Assembly: GCA_000004695.1 (NCBI GenBank)
Contig: CM000153.2
Location: forward strand, 2,976,001-3,040,000
Source: Dictyostelium discoideum
Lineage: Eukaryota
Reading direction: 5' to 3'
DNA: 64,000 nt
Shown here: in pieces, positions 44,871-53,505 of the stretch
Numbering within the stretch: the first letter of the stretch is position 1
How the letters are laid out: the number at the start of each line of letters is the position of its first letter
The notes under the pieces: generated by a model
What the model was told of the DNA's origin: nothing
The model's database searches: none
Seen by the model: only the letters and a program-made list of their open reading frames with translations
Position numbers and translations under genes: made by a program

Positions 44871-46010
44871 ATGAAATTAGTTAATATTTTTATAATGCTT
44901 GTTATTTTTTTAATAACATTTTCTGTATATAATAAAATTTATCCAAATAATAGTAATACTAGTAGTAGTAGTAGTAGTAGCAGTAGTAAATATGAAGATT
45001 TTCAAATAAATAAAGAAATAAAAAACCAAGATTATTGTAGAATTGAGTCAATGGATTTTTCAAAATTAAATGAAGAATTAATAATAGAGAATAGAGGTAT
45101 TGCTGATATTATTGTTGGTGATAAAGATATAGAAAACATTAATTATATTGGTTTAGATTCATTTAAATGTTCATTAGGATTCAATGGAATTTATTTGACA
45201 CCATCAAATATTTGGAATGTCATAATTTTAGGTTTAAATAAATTGGTTAACCCAATGAAATACTCTTCATTAATTAATGAAAAGGATCAAACTTTAATAT
45301 TACAAAATTCAATTTTTAAAAATAATAATAATAATAATAATGATCAAATTGAAAAGATTTTAATTGAAGAAATATCAAAAAAAATAAATCCAACTTTCAA
45401 ACAACTCTTAATACCAAAATTTGAATCATCAACATTAAAAGATGGATTAATATTTTTAACAAATGCAATTGGAAAGAGGAATGGTGTATATGATTATGGT
45501 ATGATAGATTGTAAGGTTCCTTCATGTTATGTTAATGAAAGTTTGCCAAAGGATATTCAAATTTTGGGTAATATAGAAGATTATGAAAAAATGTTGATTA
45601 ATATTAAATCGATTTATGATCTTTTATATGAAGATTTTAATTTGGATGATACATCATTCAAACTTTTTGAATGGTATGGAAAGAATACATTCATTATAGA
45701 ATCTATTATCAAATATATGCGTGATAAGTCATTTAAAAATATGGATTTATATTATTTTATTAATAAATTCCATTCATCAAATTCACTAAATGGTTTTTTA
45801 AATGATGCAAGAGGTTTTTCATATATTCCAATTGAAATTGTGAATGGAACTGATTTAGTGTATCCAACAGGAACAAAAATAAATTTATTTGCTGGTCATT
45901 TTGCTTCAAATATCTTATTACCAAAATCTATTCATGGTGGTTTAGCAATCGTGGAACCTACAATCAATTGGGTCATTACAAAATATCGAATGTTCAGTTC
46001 AATAATTTAA
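44871..46010 (+). CDS. hypothetical secreted/type-II membrane protein, 379 aa, single exon
   Basis: An N-terminal hydrophobic signal/anchor (MKLVNIFIMLVIFLITFSVY), a polySer tract, then a low-complexity-free globular region with scattered Cys. I recognise no family. Confidence 0.55.
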   Translation: MKLVNIFIMLVIFLITFSVYNKIYPNNSNTSSSSSSSSSKYEDFQINKEIKNQDYCRIESMDFSKLNEELIIENRGIADIIVGDKDIENINYIGLDSFKCSLGFNGIYLTPSNIWNVIILGLNKLVNPMKYSSLINEKDQTLILQNSIFKNNNNNNNDQIEKILIEEISKKINPTFKQLLIPKFESSTLKDGLIFLTNAIGKRNGVYDYGMIDCKVPSCYVNESLPKDIQILGNIEDYEKMLINIKSIYDLLYEDFNLDDTSFKLFEWYGKNTFIIESIIKYMRDKSFKNMDLYYFINKFHSSNSLNGFLNDARGFSYIPIEIVNGTDLVYPTGTKINLFAGHFASNILLPKSIHGGLAIVEPTINWVITKYRMFSSII

Positions 46011-46478
46011 TATATATATATATTTTTTTTTTTATAATTTTTTGTTTTTTAATTCCTTTCAAAATTTTAATAATGAACTGCTCAAGAACAATTAAATTTT
46101 TTTTTTAAATAAAAAAAAATAATAATAAATAATAAATAATAAAATTATTCATTTGAAAAAAAAGAAGAAAAATTAGCTTAATAATTCTTTGTTTTTATTT
46201 GATTTCTTATTTATTTATTTTTTTTTTTTTTTTTTGACAATTATTCTAAATTCCCTTATTAGTACAAAGATTTTTAGAATAACATAACTGATCATTTTAA
46301 TTTTTTATTTTTTTATTTTTTTTTTTATTTTTTTTATTTTTTTTAATTTTTTATTAAAAGTTGTGTTTGTTGTGTCATAAAAATGATAATTATCACCCTT
46401 TTTTTTTTTTTTTTTTTTCAATTGTTTTTTTATATAAATAGATCTATTATAAAGAAATAATTATTTTTTTTTAAAAAA

Positions 46479-48536
46479 ATGATGGAATTAGGATTTGAAA
46501 ATGATATTGATTTATTAAATCAATATCAAACAATTCAATCAAGAAAAACAAAAGATTATAAAAAGTTTTTAGAAATTAAACAAGAGAATAAGAATCAACA
46601 TTTAGATATTATCTCATCATTTTGGGATGTAATTGTTATTACTGCTATTGATTCACTTCAAAAGGAATACTATGAGCAAGTATTAAAAGAAAAGATGAAT
46701 CAAAATCAAATTCCATCATTTATACCTTACGTTGTAATTTCTGATCCAGTTGGTGAAAAAATAGGTTGTGGTGGTTCAACCCTTTATGTTTTAAAAACAT
46801 TATCAACAATATTTGGTGATGATAAAATTAAAAATAGTAAGTAATAATAAATAATAAATAATAAATAATAAATAATAAATAATAATAATAATGCACATAT
46901 TAATATCTTTCAAAATAAAGTGAAAATATTATTATTACATGCTGGTGGGTATAGTAAAAGATTACCAAATCATTCAACAACTGGTAAGATATTTGCATCA
47001 ATACCATGTACACTTGGAATGGGTGGAAATAATAATAATAATAATGATGACGAAGATGAATCAAAATTACAAGCATGTTCAATGTTAGAAATTAAATTAA
47101 TAATATTAATTGATATACCAAAGAGAATGAAACCAGGTGTATTCTTAGCATGTTCAGATGATATTGAATTATTTGAATCAAATGAAATGTCTTTCAATTC
47201 AAGTGAAGATGGTACATTCATTGCATTATCTCAACCTGGTACATTGGATATTGGTGTTGGACATGGTGTTTTCATTCTTGATGATGTTAATCAGTATAAA
47301 CCAAATCAATTAAATTCATGTAGAAAATTCATTCATAAACCATCAAAAGAGAAAATGAAAAATGAAAATGCTATACTTTCAAATGGTTTAGTTTTAATGG
47401 ATAGTTGTTATTATTTCGATCATAAAGTTTTTTCAATTTTATTAAATTATTATAATCAAAATAATCCAATTAATTGTGAAATTGATGCATATTCTGATTT
47501 TTTACAAGTAAGTAATAATAATAATAATAACTAATATTATTTATATTATCGTTAATATTAATATTATTATTTTTATTTATTATTATTATTGATTTAGCCA
47601 TTAGGTAAAAGTGCAGAACCAAATTATTTTCAAGTTAAAAGTAATGTTACAAAATTTTTACCACATTTACCAAAAGAAAGAGAAAAGATATATAACTTTT
47701 TAAATTCAAATAAATGTAAATTAGAAATGATACCAATGTCACCATCTGCATTCATTCATATTGGTACATGTCATGAATATATTGAACATTTTACAATCAA
47801 TTTCCCAAAATTAGGTTTTAAGAATTTAATTTTCTCTGAAATTGGTAGTGGGATTAATAATAATAATAACAATAATAGTGTTATTTTACATTCAATATTA
47901 TTAAATAATTTAAATACAATTATTAATGATAATAGTGTAATTGAATATTGTAATTTTAAAGGAATTAATAAACTTTCAATTGGTAATAGATGTATAGTAT
48001 CAGATTTAGAATTTGAAAATTCTAATGAACAGCAACAACAACAGCAACAACAACAGCAACAACAACAACAACAACAACAAACATTATCGTCATCAAATTA
48101 TTCAATTGAAATACCATCAAATTCATTCATTCAAACACTTTCAATTAGTTGTAATAGATATGTTACAATATTCTTTGGTATTGATGATGATTTAAAATCA
48201 ACTACAAATCCAAAATTATTTGGTATTCCTTTAAAAGATTATAATTTAAATTCAATTAATACTAGTGATGATAATAATAATAATAATTCACTTTGGAATG
48301 CACCATTATTTCCAATTTCAAATATTTCTCCAAAAGATTCACTTTTAAAAACTTTAAATAGTTTACAAAAAACAAAACAAACAAACTTTTTTTCAAATAA
48401 TGAACAACAACCCCAACAACAACAACAATCATATTATTCAATTGAACAATGTTTAAATGAAAAGGATTTATCAAAACAATTTATTAGAAGATCAAATTTA
48501 ACAAATGAAATTTTAAATTTAAAAAATAAAAAATAA
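46479..48536 (+). CDS. fpgt: fucose-1-phosphate guanylyltransferase (GDP-L-fucose pyrophosphorylase, fucokinase-domain family), 3 exons
   Basis: Exon 1 is 46479-46844 (..FWDVIVITAIDSLQKEYYEQVLKEK...VVISDPVGEKIGCGGSTLYVLKTL is approximately the FUK/FPGT N-terminal GDP-sugar pyrophosphorylase fold), with a GTAAGT donor. Exon 2 is ~46918-47510 (KILLLHAGGYSKRLPNHSTTGKIFASIP is approximately human FPGT LHSGGYSQRLPNASALGKIFTALP), donor CAA|GTAAGT. Exon 3 is ~47598-48536 (contains polyQ). Confidence 0.8.
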
Positions 48537-48561
48537 AAAATAAAAAATATTAAATTATTAA

Positions 48562-48566
<5 letters not shown>

Positions 48567-48655
<89 letters not shown>

Positions 48656-48657
48656 TT
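48567..48657. repeat. (AAT)n microsatellite of ~30 units between convergent genes
   Basis: Direct reading. Confidence 0.95.
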
Positions 48658-48688
48658 TATTAACATTTATGTATTTTATATAAATAAA

Positions 48689-50832
48689 TTAATTATCACA
48701 AATATAATTTTTAATAATTTCTTGAATTGAACGAGTATCAAGTATTTGTGAAGGTGTTAGAGGTGTAGAGATGAATGAAGAAGAAGTTTGATCAATATCC
48801 ATTGGTGGTGAACGTAAAATTGGTGGTGAAGTTGACCAAGGTAATAGAGGTTGAATTGAGTTGAATAATGATCTTAAACCAAAACCAATACTACCAACTG
48901 AAATATTTCTTTGTTTAATACAATAAATTGAAATGATAATTTCAATGGTAATTAATTTCCAACCTTGTTCAATCAATTGTTTTGTATTCTTTATTGATAG
49001 TGGTGCTTGTGAAGATGTGTCTTCATAACCTTCACATAATTGCATGCCAGATTGTTGAGTTAATACAGGTTGTGATAATTGTTGAATCGTTGATACAATA
49101 GATGAGGCAATTTTACAAAGATTTAAAATTTGATAATGGTAATTCTTTTGTTGTTCAATTGTATGTTGTTTACTACCAACTGAACCACTTGAATTGAAAT
49201 TTTGAAAATTATTAAATTCATTCCAAGGTAATTTTGAAATTCTTTGAGCTTGTGTTTGTATACATCTACAAAGTGATAATCTTAATGTATCCATTGACAA
49301 TGATAATAAACCACTATCGATATTACCATTTGTATAGGGTAATCCATTATCTTCATTACTTTGAATCAATGGATTATCAACACATAAATTCATCTCTTTT
49401 TCAAATATACCATAACACCAATCAAATGATGTATATGCTGCACCATGAATTTGACTAACATTTCTAAAACTCATTGGATCAATTAAATTACATTTTTTAT
49501 CTTTTAATAAATTTGGTGTTTGATTACCACTATTATTACTATCATTTGTTTGATTATTATTATTAATATCATTATTTTGATTATCACTTGATGACCATAA
49601 TTTACTAAAATTTAAAATATTTTGAAAATTATTTGAACATTGAACTTGACCATTTTGATTATGAACTTTACTAACTACAGAATTTAAACTATTTAAATTC
49701 ACTCTGAATGCTTCCATTGCAAATGAGGCAGAAGTATCAAGAGCATTTAAAAAGCATGAAACATCATTTAAAGTTAATGCTCCAGATGCTAATGTTATAC
49801 AATTTCCATTAATTAATGAATTTGTCTCTAAAATTGATAATTGTTCATTTTCTTTTAATGAATTAATTAAATCATCACCATCATCATTATTATTATCACT
49901 ACTACTACTACTACATTGAGTTTGATTATTATCACCATTAAAATCGATATCATTACTACAACCACCACTTAAAAATGGATATGGAATAACTTTTGGTATT
50001 TTACCATTTGGTAATGAAATTGATTTACCAATTAATGGCAATGATGCTTGTGATAATGATATTGAATCGGAATTACCATTTGAACAATTATCAATTACTA
50101 ATGGAAGGTTATCTTCTTTTAATCTTTTTATTAATGAATCCAATGTCAATAATGAAATTCCTGATGTTCCAGATGATAATAAATTCAATTGAATTAATAA
50201 TGATGCTCTTAATACTTTATCTGGTATATAATCATTTGAAACTATTGAAGAATTTTGAATTATTAAATTTTCATTTAAATTAATTTTGAAATTATTATTT
50301 TGGTTATTATCATTTAAATAATTTAAATAACTATAATTATTATTATTATTATTGTTGTTATTGCTATTATTATTATCATTATTATTACTATTATTACTAT
50401 TATTATTTGATGGTTTTGTTTGTGGTAATTGATCTTTGTTTTTAATTTGTTCTTGATTAATTTTAATTTCTTCATTAGAATTTTCTTTGATTTTGTTTGG
50501 CAATAATGGTGATAAAATTGATAAAGAATTTTTCAAATCTTTACCATTGTCATTGTATACAAAGTTTTTAATATCAAATTTGTTTTTATTTTCTTTTAAT
50601 TTAATTGCTAAATTATTTCTGTATTCGTTAACTCGAGCAATTGTTTTATCACCAATAAAAAATCCTACCTTTTTATTAGCAAATAATACAACTTGTTTTA
50701 TACTTTTTTTATTATTTTTTTATTTTTTTTTATTTGTTAATAGATTTTTAATTTTTTTAATTTTTTTTTTTTTTATTTTTTAATTAATAATTACCTTAAA
50801 TTATTTGTTGATATAATTATTTCTGGTTCCAT
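48689..50832 (-). CDS. aromatic-amino-acid ammonia-lyase (HAL/PAL) fold protein lacking the MIO-forming Ala-Ser-Gly triad, 2 exons, ~685 aa
   Basis: Exon 1 is 50832-50795 (MEPEIIISTNNL), donor AG|GTAATT. The intron is 50794-50703 and ends aaaaaaag. Exon 2 is 50702-48689; the phase was verified (AG+t=Ser). Similarity to histidase:
- IPDKVLRASLLIQLNLLSSGTSGISLLTLDSLIKRLKEDNLPLV is approximately HAL [44 protein letters not shown].
- LINGNCITLASGALTLNDV...AMEAFRVN is approximately LINGTQMITSLGCEAV...TLEVLKGT.
- DPMSFRNVSQIHGAAYTSFDWCYGIFEKEMNLCVDNPLI is approximately [39 protein letters not shown].
At the MIO position HAL has GASGDLAPLSHLA; here it is NGNSDSISLSQAS (ASG to GNS). There are long polyN inserts. 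Confidence 0.75.
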
Positions 50833-51388
50833 TTTAATAGTCTTTAAAATATTTTTTTTAAAAAATAAATGTCTTTATAAAATTTTTTTTTATTTTTTTT
50901 TTTTTTTATATAATTTATTAATTAGAAAAAAAAAAAAAAAAAATAATAATAATACGTTTAATAACAAAAATAGCTCAACACTGAACCACATTAGTTTTTT
51001 AGGTAAAGAGATTTTATTTATTTTTATTTTTTTTTTGGTGGTTGGGGTGGAAGTTATTTATTTTTTATTTTATTTTTTTTTGTTTTTTTATATTTACCTC
51101 GGATATTTACCACCTATTAAAGATGTAAAAATATTATATTTTGATTTTTTTCAAATAAAAATAATACTTTCCTCAAACATATTATTGTTACAATGCATTT
51201 TTGATAGAAATTATAAAAACCATATTTATAACTTTAAATTCGTTAGAATGCAAAAAAAAAAATTTCAAATGATAGCTCTTAAAAGTGGCCAATGAAAAAA
51301 ATAAAGTTTATCATTGTTGGATCTGATTTTTTATTAAAAGATTTATCTTTTTTATTTTTTTTATTTTTTTTTTTATTTTTTTTTTTTT

Positions 51389-51520
51389 ATGAAAAACATG
51401 CGATATGTCGCAAGTGATAATAAAAAAAATAAGTGGCGATAAATAATTTTTTTTTTTCAAATTTTTTTCTTTTTTTATTTATGAAAAACGAGCAACATGT
51501 CGCAAGTGATAAAAAAAATA
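51389..51520. promoter_or_regulatory. two ~40-bp direct repeats (ttatgaaaaacRtgcRaYatgtcgcaagtgataaWaaaaaaata) just upstream of the RCC1-repeat gene
   Basis: Copies at 51389-51432 and 51481-51520, about 90% identical. Each contains the GC-containing core ATGTCGCAAGTGATAA. The second copy ends 8 bp before the ATG at 51528. Confidence 0.5.
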
Positions 51521-51527
51521 ATTAATA

Positions 51528-52793
51528 ATGAAAAATGATTTATATACATTCGGAAAGAAAAATTATATACTCAACAATTTATTTAGGAGTTTAGGAGAAA
51601 TAAAGAAAATTAAAGATGATTTACAAATTGTTAGATTAACTATGAATTGCCAGAAAATTAATATTATTGATATTAAATGCACTAATGATACTTTATTTAT
51701 ATTATTTTCAAATGGTGAATTTATTTGTAAAAGAATGATTCCAACATTATCTATAAATGAAATAACATCACCAATAAAAATTTTAAAAATATCATCAGGT
51801 TATAATCATTTTCACCTTTTATCAATTGATAATAAATTATATGGATTAGGTGACAATAGTTTTAATCAAATAGGTTTTAATAATATTAATATTAGTAATA
51901 ATAATTGGTATGAAAGAATAAAACAAGTCGAATATTTTAATGAAATTAATTTAAAGATGGTATCATCTGGTGGTAGACATCATTCAATATTTATTGGTAT
52001 TGATGGTAGTGTATATTCTTGTGGTTCAAATAAATATAATCAATTAGGAAGAAGAACAACTAATGGGGAAAATGAAACAACTCATAATATTGAAAAATTA
52101 GAAACAACTATTCTATTCGATAATTGCTCGTCAGGTGATCATCATAATTTATTAATAGCAACTAACGGATTAGTATATGGTTTCGGTTTAAACTCACATG
52201 GTCAATTAGGTATAATTACAAATTATAATGTAAAATTACCAATTTCAAATAATAAAAATGAAAATGATAATAATAGTAATGAAAATGATAATTATGGTTA
52301 TTCTATTAAACTATTAACATTATTAGAAACATTAAAAGATGAACATATAGTTGAAGTTAGATGTTCAATGTGGCATAGCATATTATTATCAAAGAAGGGT
52401 GAAGTTTTCACATTTGGCGAGGGATCTTCATTTCAATTAGGTCATGGTGATAATATCTCTTATCAAACCCCTATTCTCGTTGATGAATTATCTGAAAATA
52501 ATTTTAAAATTAATTCAATATCTTGTTCAACTAATTCATCTTTATTTTTAGATAATCAACATAGAGTATTTTATTGTGGAGATAATTTCATTTCACAAGA
52601 TTTTGAATGTAATAATCAAGATAACCAAAATTACAGCTATGATGGGGATGATGAGGATGATGATGATAATGATAATGATTGTAGTAATAAAATCGAAAAT
52701 CCAACACCTTTAACTCAACTTATACAAACATTGGATTTTTCTCCTCCAAATAATATCTACACCCATAATTCAAACTTTAACTTTATGTGGTAA
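51528..52793 (+). CDS. RCC1 (regulator of chromosome condensation) repeat protein, 421 aa
   Basis: At least five RCC1 blades: LYGLGDNSFNQIG; VYSCGSNKYNQLGRR; VYGFGLNSHGQLG; VFTFGEGSSFQLGHGDN; VFYCGDN. Acidic DDEDDDDNDND tail. The ORF ends TGG TAA GTG, so a TG|GTAAGT donor to a further exon cannot be excluded. Confidence 0.8.
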   Translation: MKNDLYTFGKKNYILNNLFRSLGEIKKIKDDLQIVRLTMNCQKINIIDIKCTNDTLFILFSNGEFICKRMIPTLSINEITSPIKILKISSGYNHFHLLSIDNKLYGLGDNSFNQIGFNNINISNNNWYERIKQVEYFNEINLKMVSSGGRHHSIFIGIDGSVYSCGSNKYNQLGRRTTNGENETTHNIEKLETTILFDNCSSGDHHNLLIATNGLVYGFGLNSHGQLGIITNYNVKLPISNNKNENDNNSNENDNYGYSIKLLTLLETLKDEHIVEVRCSMWHSILLSKKGEVFTFGEGSSFQLGHGDNISYQTPILVDELSENNFKINSISCSTNSSLFLDNQHRVFYCGDNFISQDFECNNQDNQNYSYDGDDEDDDDNDNDCSNKIENPTPLTQLIQTLDFSPPNNIYTHNSNFNFMW

Positions 52794-53211
52794 GTGTTTA
52801 CTTGGAAAAAAGCTATATAATTAAATAAAAAAATAAAGATTGATAAAAAAAAACCCATCATTAATTGGTCGAAGGATACTATGTTTGGAAGCACTGGTAT
52901 ATAATAAGCTTTGAAAGTGAATTTTCTTAATTTAGTTATTTGTTTGGATTTTTAAATTGCTCGGATCTTTTGAAAGAGTTAATTTTAAATTTTTGCATTT
53001 TTTTATATATTTTAAAGAGGCCAGTTTGTGCCATTTACTAAGCAGAGTCGAGAATGAGAGCTTTTGGGCTCATTACGATAAAATCGATTACAGTTCCAAA
53101 CCCAGATGTTATGAATTATTAATGTAGTTATGTTTCTATACAGAGTTCTTGATAGGTCATGAAATTGGAATCCAAGATTATCCCTAACCGACAAACAAGT
53201 TTATTAATAAA

Positions 53212-53222
53212 ACAAGAATCGA
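53212..53222 (-). promoter_or_regulatory. external B box (ex-B) downstream of tRNA-Asp
   Basis: The minus-strand GGTTCGATTCT (B-box consensus GGTTCGANTCC) lies 31 bp 3' of the tRNA end. Dictyostelid tRNA genes characteristically carry a second B box 20-40 bp downstream. Confidence 0.6.
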
Positions 53223-53252
53223 ACCTGTGATCTCTTTAAGAAGTTTAAAAAT

Positions 53253-53324
53253 CTCCCTGTCCGGGAATTGAACCCGGGCCTTTCGCGTGACAGGCGAAAA
53301 TCCTCACCACTAGACCAACAAGGA
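53253..53324 (-). tRNA. tRNA-Asp(GUC): tRNA-Asp (anticodon GUC), 72 nt, no intron
   Basis: Minus strand: TCCTTGT-TG-GTCT-AGTGGTGAG-GATT-T-TTCGC-CTGTCAC-GCGAA-AGGC-CCGGG-TTCAATT-CCCGG-ACAGGGA-G. The 7-bp acceptor stem has one G-U. A box TGGTCTAGTGG, B box GGTTCAATTCC, anticodon loop CT-GTC-AC. It is nearly identical to the canonical eukaryotic tRNA-Asp. Confidence 0.92.
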
Positions 53325-53505
53325 TATTTGATATTTTTTTTAAAAAAATAGACAGAATCGTTTAATTAAATTTTTTTAAAAAAAAAATCACAAAGGATAT
53401 CCAACAAAAGAAAAAAACCAATCCAAAAGGTATTGTGAAGCCCTCGATTAAAAATAGAAAATAAAAGTTATCATCTAAAGTATAAAGTTTAATAAATGGT
53501 TTTAT

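Noticed and set aside
53012-53194. 60-aa ORF (MSVRDNLGFQFHDLS...) downstream of the tRNA
   Set aside because: It has no start context, no homology and no codon bias. It is kept only as part of the possible TE-relic or ncRNA block described in the findings.
53205-53250. tRNA-like T-arm (CACAGGTTCGATTCTTG) suggesting a second tRNA gene
   Set aside because: There is no D-arm, anticodon arm or acceptor stem. The position and sequence fit a downstream external B box of tRNA-Asp instead.
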